DNA of 64,000 nt from a bacterium (lineage in GTDB: Bacteria; UBA8248). Location: assembly GCA_965204535.1 (NCBI GenBank), contig CBDBEV010000001.1, positions 2,848,001 through 2,912,000 on the forward strand, written 5' to 3'. The stretch's first letter is position 1, and every line of letters starts with the position of its first letter. The notes under the pieces were generated by a model. That model searched no databases and was not told the origin of the DNA. It saw only the letters and a program-made list of their open reading frames with translations. This document shows, piece after piece, positions 48,527 to 57,851 of this stretch. The position numbers and the translations under genes are program-made.

Positions 48527-49567
48527 CTAGTCCATCACGATGACCGCGCGGCCCGTGACGGCCGCGACTTCCAGCCGTTCGTGCACTTTTTCCACCTCTT
48601 CGGCGTTGAACGAGTAGGTCTCCGTCACCACGGGCCAGACGTCGCCCCGCGCCACCAGATCGAGCGATTCCTTGAGTTCCTGTTTCGAACAGTATCGGCT
48701 GCCCAAGAGTTCGAGTTCTTTCGTCACCATATCGCGCGCCGCGGCCTGGAACGGCTGCCCCGTGCCGCCCAGCGTCACCAGGCGCCCGCCGATTCCCAGG
48801 GATTGAACGCCCGCTTCCATCGTGGCGGCGGAGGAGACGAAGTCGACCACCACGTCTACGCCCTCCCCGTTCGTCAAGTCCATGAGCGCGCCAGCCACGT
48901 CTCCCTGGGATGCGTCGACGACCTCGTCCGCGCCCACGTCGCGGCACTTGCCCAGCTTGTTCGCCGCGGCGTCCACGGCGATGACCCTCGCGTGCGCCCA
49001 CTTCGCCATCATCACCATGTGGATGCCCACGCCGCCGCCCGCGCCGATGACGGCCACGTTCTCGAGCGGCGCGATGCGCGCGCGCTTCGTTACTTTATAC
49101 GGGGTGGCTATCGCGTCGCAGATAACGGAGACCTCCGCCGCGTTATTCTCGTAATCCAGCCCGGCGGGGATTTTGATGAAATTCCGTGCGGGCAGCTTGA
49201 TGTATTCGGCATAGGCGCCCTGCACCTGGCGGCCGATGTAGCCCGTGAAGTTCTCGCACAGCGTTTCGCGGTTGATAAGGCACCACTTGCACCTCCCGCA
49301 CGTGACGTAGAAATGGGCGGTCACCGCGTCGCCCTCCTGGAGGCCCTCCACGCCTTCGCCCAGGGCGGTGATGACGGCGGTGATCTCATGGCCGATGATG
49401 AGGGGATAGGTCACATCGGGCACCCGGCCCATGCGGGCGTGGTGGATGGTCAGCCCCGCGCCGCATGCCAGTACCTTCGCGACCGCCTCCCCCGGCCCCG
49501 CCACGGGGTCCGGATATTCTTCCTCGACAAAGGGTTCTCCAGGTCCTCTCAGCACCATCGCCTTCAA
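48527..49567 (-). CDS. Zn-binding alcohol dehydrogenase (MDR family)
   Basis: IGHE, CGRCKWC...C, GAGGGVG; usual CxxD catalytic site appears as CGAGLTIHH. Confidence 0.88.
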   Translation of the reverse strand: MKAMVLRGPGEPFVEEEYPDPVAGPGEAVAKVLACGAGLTIHHARMGRVPDVTYPLIIGHEITAVITALGEGVEGLQEGDAVTAHFYVTCGRCKWCLINRETLCENFTGYIGRQVQGAYAEYIKLPARNFIKIPAGLDYENNAAEVSVICDAIATPYKVTKRARIAPLENVAVIGAGGGVGIHMVMMAKWAHARVIAVDAAANKLGKCRDVGADEVVDASQGDVAGALMDLTNGEGVDVVVDFVSSAATMEAGVQSLGIGGRLVTLGGTGQPFQAAARDMVTKELELLGSRYCSKQELKESLDLVARGDVWPVVTETYSFNAEEVEKVHERLEVAAVTGRAVIVMD

Positions 49568-49696
49568 TGGGCGTCCTCCTCAAATAAATGAATGGGATTT
49601 CAGTCACGCGATTACAACACACGGGAGAGCGCCTAGGCAACGAGGAGCGGATGGCGTACCCTCACGGGGCGGCGTCCGAAGGGAAAGCGAGAGAAG

Positions 49697-50080
49697 ATGA
49701 ACGAACCCCCCGTAAGTGAAGAGAGAGTGTTCGACGCGCAGCGCGCGGCCAGGACCACGCTGCTGGTCGGCGCGTTGCTCATCGTCTTCACCGCGTCTGC
49801 GATGTATATGGACCAGCCGGGCAGGGTGGGCTACGGCTGGGCGACGCTGGGGGCGGGAGCGGCCCTGGGCCTGTTCGGGCTGGCGACACTGCGGGGGTTC
49901 GCGTGGTGTAGTTATCTCTCGGTCCTTGTTCTGGGCGTGTTCGATTTCATCTGGATGGTGCGGGTGCTCGAGGGTTTCGACGTCGGCCTCGCCATCTGGA
50001 TAGCGATATGCTTTTTCGCCATCCGCGAGATATGGCCGGGCATCGACGAGAAATTTCCGTGGGTGAAGCGCAATCCCTGA
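49697..50080 (+). CDS. Hypothetical membrane protein
   Basis: About four hydrophobic segments in 127 aa. Confidence 0.65.
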   Translation: MNEPPVSEERVFDAQRAARTTLLVGALLIVFTASAMYMDQPGRVGYGWATLGAGAALGLFGLATLRGFAWCSYLSVLVLGVFDFIWMVRVLEGFDVGLAIWIAICFFAIREIWPGIDEKFPWVKRNP

Positions 50081-50106
50081 GGGCGCGTCCGCGAGGCTAC
50101 AACGTA

Positions 50107-51213
50107 TTACATTCTTTCCATCACGTATCGAACGCACTCGAAATGACGCGGTGCATTGCTAGGCGCGAATTCAGGCGCGTTCAGGGCCCATAGCGGCACG
50201 ATGCTCTCATGCAGCGAGCCGTGGCTTCTGAGCCTGACCTCGCGCTCGGCTTCTTCCATCACGCCGAATACGGTCTCTGAATCAGCCAGCACCATGACCT
50301 CGCCCACCCGCCCGGGCATCAACTGGAAGCGCGCGGCGGCCTCTTGACGCGTGAGCGCATCGTCGATGCCGGGGTGCGCTTTCAGAATGGCGATGGCCTC
50401 GGCAAGTGAATCCTCGTTTTCCAGGTGGACATAGGCGGCGCCGCCCTGGTTGCCGTGGTGGACGACGTAGCGGTCCTTGATGATGGGCACGGCTTCCGCG
50501 CCGACGCCCTCAGCTCTCACAATGACGCCCGGATCGAGCGCCCGCGTCTTATCAAGCATGCCGTGGTCGGCGGTGATGAAGATCGCCCCGTCCTTGTGAA
50601 TACGCAACCAGCTATCGACGAGTTTTCCGACTTCCGCATCAAGCGCGGCGTGGTGCGCCTGCGCCTCTTCGCTTTCAGGGCCGTATTTGTGCTGCATGTA
50701 GTCCGTCGTGGTGACGTAGAGAAGGTCCGGTTTTTCCTCTTCCAGCACTGTGCGCGCCGCCCGCAGGAGCCAGAGGTTCACGGCCCCGCTGTATATCTCC
50801 TCTTTAGGCCCTGCTATTCGGGTGAGCCACTCCGGCGGGTCTTCCGCGGTGACGACCGTCTCCGCTCCTTTGCCTATCATGTCGCAGAGCTTTTGTTTGG
50901 ACGCCAGGACGGCGGTCTTACGTCCCGCCGCGCTGCCCGTCTCCATGAGGGTGGGCGCAAGAACGAAATCCCCCGATTCCATATAGACTTCCTCGCCCGT
51001 CTCTGCGTTCAGGAAGTAGTTGGCCGTAATGCCGTGCGCGGCGGGGGGCGCGCCGCAGATCATCGAGACGTTGTTCACGTTGGTGACAGAGGGCATCTGG
51101 CACGAGACGGTGTAGCGTGCCCCCTCGCTCTCGATTCTGTCGAGATTCGGCGTGTGGGAGGCTTCGAAATAGGCGGGGTCGCCCCCGTCGATCAGGATGA
51201 TGAGAGCGCGCAT
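50107..51213 (-). CDS. phnA: Phosphonoacetate hydrolase-like alkaline phosphatase family protein
   Basis: IDGGDP, MPSVTNVNN, TTDYMQHKY, TADHGM, YVVHHG, RSHG. Confidence 0.75.
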   Translation of the reverse strand: MRALIILIDGGDPAYFEASHTPNLDRIESEGARYTVSCQMPSVTNVNNVSMICGAPPAAHGITANYFLNAETGEEVYMESGDFVLAPTLMETGSAAGRKTAVLASKQKLCDMIGKGAETVVTAEDPPEWLTRIAGPKEEIYSGAVNLWLLRAARTVLEEEKPDLLYVTTTDYMQHKYGPESEEAQAHHAALDAEVGKLVDSWLRIHKDGAIFITADHGMLDKTRALDPGVIVRAEGVGAEAVPIIKDRYVVHHGNQGGAAYVHLENEDSLAEAIAILKAHPGIDDALTRQEAAARFQLMPGRVGEVMVLADSETVFGVMEEAEREVRLRSHGSLHESIVPLWALNAPEFAPSNAPRHFECVRYVMERM

Positions 51214-51235
51214 GCGGAACCGGGAGCCTGCCGAA

Positions 51236-52516
51236 TCAGCCGAGACGCCTTAAAGCCTTGGCGCCGATGTCTTTTCGGAAATAAACGTCTTCCCAGTAAA
51301 TCAGGTCGCACGCCTCATAGGCGCGCGCGATGGCGGTGCGGATGTCCATCCCGCGCGCGGTGACGCCCAGCACACGGCCGCCTGCGGTCACGACTTCTCC
51401 TTCGTCGTTCAGGCTCGTTCCGGCGTGAAAGACGTGGACGCCGGGCAGGGCGTCGGCGTCTTCGATTCCCTGTATCGCGTCGCCGCTCCGGTAGGCGTCC
51501 GGGTAGCCGCCCGCCGCCATGACGACGCAAACGGCGGCGTCGTTCGAGTAGCGGATGGTCGTCTCGTGCAGCTTGCCCTCCACGCACGCCATGAGGACGG
51601 GCAGCAAGTCCCCCTCCATGCGGGTGAGCAGGGGCTGGCATTCGGGGTCGCCGAAGCGGCAGTTGAATTCCAGCACCTTCAAATCATCGCCCTGCACCAT
51701 GAGGCCGGCATAAAGAACGCCCCGATAGGGGGTGCCCCGCCTCGCCATGGCGCGGATGGCGGGCTTGACCACGGTTTCGAGCGTGCGTTCCTCCAACGCG
51801 CCCGAGAGCACGGGCGCAGGCGAATACGCACCCATGCCGCCCGTGTTGGGGCCGGTGTCGCCCTCGCCGATAGCCTTGTGATCCTGCGCCGAAGCCATCG
51901 GGAGCGCGGTTTCTCCGTCTGCGAAGGCGAGAAAACTCGCCTCCTCGCCCTCCAGGAATTCCTCGACCACGCACTTGGCGCCCGCATCGCCGAACGCTCT
52001 TTCCTCCATGATTTGCGCGATGGCCGCATGCGCGCTCGATGAGTCTGCGCAAAGGAGCACGCCCTTGCCGGCGGCGAGACCGTCCGCCTTCACCGCCCAT
52101 GCGCCGCCGCGCTCTGATACGAAATCTCTGGCTGCGCCTGCATCCTCGAAGACGCCGTAGGCGGCGGTGGGGATTCCCGCCTCGTCCATCAGGGCTTTGG
52201 AGAACGCCTTGCTCGCCTCGATGCGGGCGGCCTCGGCGGATGGACCGAACGCGGGGATTCCGAGCGCTTCGAGTTCATCCACCAGCCCCAGGGCGAGGGG
52301 GGCTTCGGGGCCGACGACGACCAGGCCCGGAGATTCTTCTTTCGCCAGCGAGAGAAGACCAGCGATGTCCTCCGCGCCGACGGGTACATTCCGCCCGACC
52401 CGGGCGGTGCCCGCGTTACCGGGCGCGCAGACTATCGTCTCCACGTCCGGGCTTTGGCTGAGCTTCCAGGCCAGGGCGTGCTCGCGACCGCCCCCGCCGA
52501 CAATGATGACCTTCAT
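51236..52516 (-). CDS. purD: Phosphoribosylamine--glycine ligase
   Basis: GGGGREHAL, KADGLAAGKGV, QDHK, GPNTGGMGAY, EFNCRFGDPE. Confidence 0.97.
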   Translation of the reverse strand: MKVIIVGGGGREHALAWKLSQSPDVETIVCAPGNAGTARVGRNVPVGAEDIAGLLSLAKEESPGLVVVGPEAPLALGLVDELEALGIPAFGPSAEAARIEASKAFSKALMDEAGIPTAAYGVFEDAGAARDFVSERGGAWAVKADGLAAGKGVLLCADSSSAHAAIAQIMEERAFGDAGAKCVVEEFLEGEEASFLAFADGETALPMASAQDHKAIGEGDTGPNTGGMGAYSPAPVLSGALEERTLETVVKPAIRAMARRGTPYRGVLYAGLMVQGDDLKVLEFNCRFGDPECQPLLTRMEGDLLPVLMACVEGKLHETTIRYSNDAAVCVVMAAGGYPDAYRSGDAIQGIEDADALPGVHVFHAGTSLNDEGEVVTAGGRVLGVTARGMDIRTAIARAYEACDLIYWEDVYFRKDIGAKALRRLG

Positions 52517-52592
52517 CGGATGTTCCCGTGAGAAAATAGTGATGCCCACAACCTAAGGCGGCGCAAAAAAGGTGTCAAACGATCTGGACGCA

Positions 52593-53363
52593 TCAGCCCA
52601 TGTCGCCCAGGGCGTGCTGCGCGATGGTGAGGAGCGAGATGGGCGCGGTGTCTGCGCGCAGGATTCTGGGTCCCAGGGACACCGGCAGGAAGCCGCTCTC
52701 CATCGCCTGTTCCGCCTCCTCGTCCGTGAGGTCGCCCTCTGGGCCAGTCAGGATGGCGATGCGAAGGGGCGCGGTGGTTTTGCCTCCAGTCTCGCGTGAT
52801 AAAGCCTCTTTGACCGGAAGCGCATTTTCTCCCAGGAATCCTAAGATTTTGAGGTCGAAATCCTCCGTCGCAGCGAGAAACCCTCCCAGCCCTCCGAGCG
52901 GATGCGCAGCAGGCGGGGGCACGCGGTCGCACTGCTTGGCGGCTTCGAGGACGATGCGCCGCCAACGCCTGTGGCGCTCTGCGCTTCTCTTCTCCTGAAT
53001 CCTGACTTCACAGCGTTCGAGCGCGAGAGGATGGAAGGCATCGGCGCCCAGCTCACACCCTTTCTGGAGTACCCATTCGAAACGCTCCCCTTTGAGCAGG
53101 GGCAGCCCCAAGGCGACCGACAGGGGAGAGGGTGGTCTTTCGGGCAGGCGCTCGATGATTCTGGCGGTGCTCTCCCTAGCGGATATTGCCGTCAGTTCCA
53201 CCTTGTATTCACGGCCATCCTCGGTCGCGACACGGCAAATCGCGCCCGTCCCCATCTTGAGCACGCGGCGTATGTGCGCGGATTCCTCCGCCCCCAGGAT
53301 GACCTGCTCATCCTGAATCGCCTCTGGAGCGATGTAGAAAAGCCGCAGCCCGTCGCGCGTCAT
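52593..53363 (-). CDS. rsmE: 16S rRNA m3U1498 methyltransferase
   Basis: HIRRVL, QKGCELG, EAAKQC, GPEG, LGPRILRADTA. Confidence 0.93.
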   Translation of the reverse strand: MTRDGLRLFYIAPEAIQDEQVILGAEESAHIRRVLKMGTGAICRVATEDGREYKVELTAISARESTARIIERLPERPPSPLSVALGLPLLKGERFEWVLQKGCELGADAFHPLALERCEVRIQEKRSAERHRRWRRIVLEAAKQCDRVPPPAAHPLGGLGGFLAATEDFDLKILGFLGENALPVKEALSRETGGKTTAPLRIAILTGPEGDLTDEEAEQAMESGFLPVSLGPRILRADTAPISLLTIAQHALGDMG

Positions 53364-54238
53364 GGTTTTATTGCCTCGATGCTCGCCCATTCCTCGATCC
53401 GGTTCGTATTCTCGACCCTGAAACCGGCTTCTTCGTAGATGCGGGCGAGCGTCTCCGCCCCCTCAAAACCGATTCCCGAGAGCACGGCCCGGCCCCCCGT
53501 GGCGAGCGTCCCGTGAATGAGCGGCGCGAGTTCTCTCAAAGCGTCAAGAAAAATGTTCGCCGCAATGAAATCCACCCGGCCCCACCATTCTCCAAGCGCC
53601 CCGGGCGTGAGCGTCGTGCCCAGCGCCGTCATGTGGTCTCCCACGCCGTTTCGCTCCGCAAGTGCAATGGTTTCCTCCACGGCTTTGGGGTCGAGGTCGA
53701 ACCCCGTTACGTGGTTTGCGCCATAGAGAAGGGCGGCGACGCCCAGGATGCCGGAACCGCAGCCTAAGTCCACCATACGCTCGGGAGGTTTTCGTGCGAA
53801 TTGGCGCTCAATTGCGAGGAGAGCCAGACGTGTGGAAGGGTGTCTGCCGGTGCCGAAGGCGAGGCCGGGTTCCAGTATCAACTCGACGCGCCCTTCGGGT
53901 ATTTCGTTTTCATCCCAGGGCGGCTTCACCCAGAGTTTCTCGCCGTACGCTTCGCCCTTGAAATGGCCGCGCGACCGGGCAACCCAGTCCTGATCCTCGA
54001 TGTTTTTTAACGTGATGGCGCTTTTCCCGACGCCCATGTCGGCGAGAAGCGCTTCTATCGCGCGGAGTTTTTGGGTCGCGCCGTCTTCCAAAGCGATGTG
54101 CGTGATGAGCACGGACGCGCCCCCCAAGCCATTTCGCTCCTCCACGGCGGAAGCGCCCGCCTCCAGTATCCGGGCGGAGGCGTCCTCGGCCAGGGTTTCA
54201 GAAACCTCGATGATGAGTTCGAGCCATTTTTTCTTCAC
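53360..54238 (-). CDS. prmA: Ribosomal protein L11 methyltransferase
   Basis: PGLAFGTGRHPST, DLGCGSGIL, ANI, LSGI. Confidence 0.93.
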   Translation of the reverse strand: MKKKWLELIIEVSETLAEDASARILEAGASAVEERNGLGGASVLITHIALEDGATQKLRAIEALLADMGVGKSAITLKNIEDQDWVARSRGHFKGEAYGEKLWVKPPWDENEIPEGRVELILEPGLAFGTGRHPSTRLALLAIERQFARKPPERMVDLGCGSGILGVAALLYGANHVTGFDLDPKAVEETIALAERNGVGDHMTALGTTLTPGALGEWWGRVDFIAANIFLDALRELAPLIHGTLATGGRAVLSGIGFEGAETLARIYEEAGFRVENTNRIEEWASIEAIKP

Positions 54239-54251
54239 AGGCTCTCGCGAT

Positions 54252-55337
54252 TTACTCCGGCAGGCGGACGACGGCCGAGCCCGCCGTCGCCAGCTCGCCC
54301 TCCTGGTTCGTTCCGGTGATCTCCACCTTCACGGTGCGCTCGGCCTCGTTTTTCTCGACCACCTCTCCCTTATGCCAGATGGTGTCGCCGTAGATCATGG
54401 GGCGGCGCACCTGGACGTAGAGGTTCTTCAGGAACGCGTCGTCCCCCATCCAGTTCGTGATGAAGGGGCTCACCCAGGCGAAGCGCATGACGCCGTTGTC
54501 GAAAGGTCCCGGCATCCCGCGCCCCGAGGCGAGGTTGAAGTCCTCGTGCTGCTGGGAGTTTTTCACCTGGATCCCGATCTGGGGGATCAGGACGGCGTTG
54601 TGCGGCGCTTTTTTGAGGTCGAGATAGCCGCGCCTGCCCGCCTTGTAGGAGGGGCCGTTGCCCGCGTTCCAGGCCACCATGTCGCCGATGGTGAGGGGGC
54701 CGCGGAGCATGGGCGGGAGCTCATCGCCGACCGATACGTCCCCAAAGCGGCGCTTCTCACCCCCTCGTCTTTCTTCGGCCTGGTAGGCGTTTTCGATTTC
54801 TTGGAATTCCGCCTCGTCGTACTTCTTGACGGGCCGCTCGTAGAGGAGCGTATTTCCTTCCTGCAGAGTCCTGATCATCGTGCCGATACCCCTGGCGACG
54901 ACCTCATCCGCCTCGTTCCAGTAGGTGCACTCCGAGATGATGAAGATGAGCTGTCGGCCCGCCTTGTTCGTCTTAACGAACGAATCCTTCTGGATGGATT
55001 CGGCGCGCAGCCTGGCTCCCTGGGAGACGGGTTTTTCCCACTCGAATTCCACGCCCCCGATGAGGGAGGAGAGGGGCACTTCCATGGGCGCACCGTGGAG
55101 GATCGGGTAGAGGACCGACACCAGAAACGCGGGCGGCGCCATGATGTCCTTGTGAGATGTGCCGGATGCGTATCCGGCGTCCAGCCAGAGCGGGTTGTCG
55201 TCGTCGATGCCGTAGGCGAAATGGCGGATGGCGTCGGCGCTCGCCTCGTTGTTCCACGCCTCGCGCTCGCGCACGGGCTTGCCGTTCAGTGCTTGTGTCT
55301 TCTCGATGAACTCATCGATATGTGCTTGATTCGACAA
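54252..55337 (-). CDS. Double hotdog-fold (MaoC-like) dehydratase
   Basis: IRHFAYGIDDDNPLW, APPAF, second domain VGDELP...QHED...NQEGE. Confidence 0.8.
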   Translation of the reverse strand: MSNQAHIDEFIEKTQALNGKPVREREAWNNEASADAIRHFAYGIDDDNPLWLDAGYASGTSHKDIMAPPAFLVSVLYPILHGAPMEVPLSSLIGGVEFEWEKPVSQGARLRAESIQKDSFVKTNKAGRQLIFIISECTYWNEADEVVARGIGTMIRTLQEGNTLLYERPVKKYDEAEFQEIENAYQAEERRGGEKRRFGDVSVGDELPPMLRGPLTIGDMVAWNAGNGPSYKAGRRGYLDLKKAPHNAVLIPQIGIQVKNSQQHEDFNLASGRGMPGPFDNGVMRFAWVSPFITNWMGDDAFLKNLYVQVRRPMIYGDTIWHKGEVVEKNEAERTVKVEITGTNQEGELATAGSAVVRLPE

Positions 55338-55453
55338 TGTAGGATGCTCCTGTGTCTTTTGTACGAGGGTATACTGAATTGTGCGGTGAAATTCGATTTC
55401 TGGATGAGTTATGTAGCAGGAAATTCAGGGCGCAACAAGGCGGCCCGGGTCCC

Positions 55454-56539
55454 TCATTCGAGAAGGCCTCTCATCTTCTCCAGAAACGACCGGGTTCTCG
55501 GGTGCGTAGACGGCGAGGAGATTTTCTGGAACTCATCGAGAATTTCACGCTGGCGCTCGTTGAGCTTGGTGGGCGTTTCGATGATTACGCGAATGAGCAG
55601 GTCGCCCGTGTTGCGTCCGCCCGCCGGCGAGAGCCCCGCTCCCTTCAGGCGAAATACCCGGCCCGACTGGGTTCCCGCGGGAATCCTGATCGTCCGCGCG
55701 TCCTGGAGCGTGGGGGCAAGGGCTTCGTGGCCGAGGGCGGCCTGGGATATGCTCACCGGCAGGTCGAAGAGGATGTCGTTGCCCTCCCTTCGGAAAAGAG
55801 GGTGCGGCTTCGCACGCACCGTGACGATGAGGTCTCCCGCATCGCCCGATCGCGCCTCCTCATCGCCCTTGCCCTTGATCTTGATTTGAGCGCCCTCTCT
55901 GGTCGCGGCGGGAATCGTCACTCTCAGGTTCTCCCGCCTGCTAACGCGACCCTCTCCTCCACAGTCCCGGCATGCAAGACCTGTGTGAGCACCGTTTCCA
56001 TCACAAGCCGAGCAGGGAACCCACAACTCCGCGAGTCCCTGCCTGTAGCGAACCTCGCCCGCGCCCTTACACGCCGGACAGGCGCCCATCCGCGCGCCCG
56101 CCTCAAAGCCGCGGCCCTCGCATGAGGCGCAGCGGACGCGGCGGGAAGCGGGAATCTCTTTTTCGGAGTCCCGCTTCAGTTCCTCGAGTGTCACCTCGAC
56201 CTGGGCGTGCAAGTCCCGGGACTTGGGTTTTTTCTCATCCGCCGGCTCACGCGCGTTCTTGAAGATATGGGAGAAAATGTCCTCCCATTTTTCCTCGTAT
56301 TCGCCTCTTTGGCGCGCCGATTTCCGTCCCCGAGGCGTCCCGCCAAGGCCCGGGCGTTTCGGGTTTTGGAGGGTTTCGTGAGCGATGACGATCTGCTTGA
56401 AGCGCCTTTCGGCTTCCGCGTCGCCCGGGTTTCTGTCCGGATGGAATTCCAGGGCCAGCTTCTTGTAGGCGCTTTTAAGTCGGGACCCCGAGGGGTTTTT
56501 CTCCAGGCCCAGGATTTTCAGAGCGTCGGCGATCTTCAA
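55454..56539 (-). CDS. dnaJ: DnaJ chaperone
   Basis: HPD J-domain, four CxxCxGxG repeats, C-terminal GDL motifs; G/F region reduced. Confidence 0.9.
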   Translation of the reverse strand: MKIADALKILGLEKNPSGSRLKSAYKKLALEFHPDRNPGDAEAERRFKQIVIAHETLQNPKRPGLGGTPRGRKSARQRGEYEEKWEDIFSHIFKNAREPADEKKPKSRDLHAQVEVTLEELKRDSEKEIPASRRVRCASCEGRGFEAGARMGACPACKGAGEVRYRQGLAELWVPCSACDGNGAHTGLACRDCGGEGRVSRRENLRVTIPAATREGAQIKIKGKGDEEARSGDAGDLIVTVRAKPHPLFRREGNDILFDLPVSISQAALGHEALAPTLQDARTIRIPAGTQSGRVFRLKGAGLSPAGGRNTGDLLIRVIIETPTKLNERQREILDEFQKISSPSTHPRTRSFLEKMRGLLE

Positions 56540-56587
56540 GGAATCATGACCTCCGCCGGGGGGAGCCGGAAGGAAAGCGCGGTTCGT

Positions 56588-57640
56588 CTATCGCTCGCCC
56601 GAGGAGAGGAATTTCGACACCGAATCCGCCGTCCATTCCACCAGCGAGACGGCGCGATCGTAGCGCATGCGCTTGGGGCCGATGATGCCGATGCTGCCGA
56701 GCGGCCGGTCGTCCATATAGTAGCGCTGGGCGACGACGCTGCAGTCCTTCATCTCATCGAAATCGTTCTCCGAACCGATGAGAATGGTGATGTCCGAGGA
56801 TTCCAGGCACTTGTCCAGCAGGCGCACCAGCTTTTCCCGCTCCTCGAACGTGCGGTAGAGCGTCTGGAGCTTTTCGGCGTTGGTGGCGAAATCAGGCTGC
56901 GAGAACACGCGCGAGGCCCCCTCGACGAAAATGGATTCCTGCGCCGCTTCGCTTTCCGAGAGCGCCTCTTTGCTGAGTTTGAGGGCCTGCCGGTAGAGGG
57001 CGTCGAGGCCTTCGCGCGCATGGGCCATTTTCTGGATGATTTTCTCGCGCACCTCTCTTAAGGCGAGGCCGCCGAACTCCTCGTTCAGCATGTTCGATAT
57101 CCTGTTCAACTCGTCCTGGCTCATGGGGGTCTCGGTCGGGATGACGCGGTTTTGCACCACCCCGCTCATGGAGACGATGACGGCCAGGGTCTTTTCCTCC
57201 GACATCTTCACGAAGTTGATGTGCTTGAAGTGGAGCTGTTCCCCTGCGGGCAGGAGCACGAGCCCCGCCGTGTTCGTGAGTTCCGAGAGCACGCGCGTCG
57301 CCTGCGCGAGCACCTGTTCGATCTGGGCGGCCTGCGCGGAAGCGCCCAGGCGCATGGATTCCTGCTCCTCGCTCGTGAGGGTGTGAGAATCCATCAGATC
57401 GTCGACGAAGACGCGGTAGCCCAGGTCGGTGGGGAGCCTGCCCGAGGAGACGTGGGGCTTGGTCAGGAATCCCGCATCGGCCAGGTCGCTCATGATGTTC
57501 CGGATGGTGGCGGGGCTCAAGGCGATGTCCGCGTGTTTCGAGAGCGTGCGGCTCCCCACCGGTTCGCCCGTGTCCACGAAAGTGTTGATGATGGCGCGCA
57601 GGATTTCCCGGTTTCTCTGGGCAAGTTCCAGGGCGTCCAT
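56588..57640 (-). CDS. hrcA: Heat-inducible transcription repressor HrcA
   Basis: EPVGSRTL, SPATIRNIM, PHVSSGRLPT, GIIGPKRMRY. Confidence 0.96.
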   Translation of the reverse strand: MDALELAQRNREILRAIINTFVDTGEPVGSRTLSKHADIALSPATIRNIMSDLADAGFLTKPHVSSGRLPTDLGYRVFVDDLMDSHTLTSEEQESMRLGASAQAAQIEQVLAQATRVLSELTNTAGLVLLPAGEQLHFKHINFVKMSEEKTLAVIVSMSGVVQNRVIPTETPMSQDELNRISNMLNEEFGGLALREVREKIIQKMAHAREGLDALYRQALKLSKEALSESEAAQESIFVEGASRVFSQPDFATNAEKLQTLYRTFEEREKLVRLLDKCLESSDITILIGSENDFDEMKDCSVVAQRYYMDDRPLGSIGIIGPKRMRYDRAVSLVEWTADSVSKFLSSGER

Positions 57641-57684
57641 TTCGCGAGTCTCCCGCTGAGGCGTCTTTCGCGCTGAATTTTGGT

Positions 57685-57711
57685 GTGGCACTCCGGCGCA
57701 TGGAGTGCTAA
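57685..57711 (-). promoter_or_regulatory. CIRCE operator
   Basis: Minus strand TTAGCACTC-N9-GAGTGCCAC versus consensus TTAGCACTC-N9-GAGTGCTAA, upstream of hrcA. Confidence 0.93.
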
Positions 57712-57718
57712 TTTGTGC

Positions 57719-57747
57719 AAGATATGGGGCGATTTTCCCCGTGTCAA
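57719..57747 (-). promoter_or_regulatory. Sigma70-type promoter of hrcA
   Basis: Minus strand TTGACA-N17-TATCTT immediately upstream of CIRCE. Confidence 0.8.
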
Positions 57748-57851
57748 GGGCGCGGCGCCGGGGCGGGGAAAGGATTTCCCGAATTAGAAACCCGTACCCT
57801 GAGACCCGGCGCCGGGGCTGAGCGAAAGAGGCCGCTTTTCGAGGGAAGCCG

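Noticed and set aside
57686-57701. TGGCAC as a sigma54 promoter
   Set aside because: No correctly spaced TTGC; it is one arm of CIRCE
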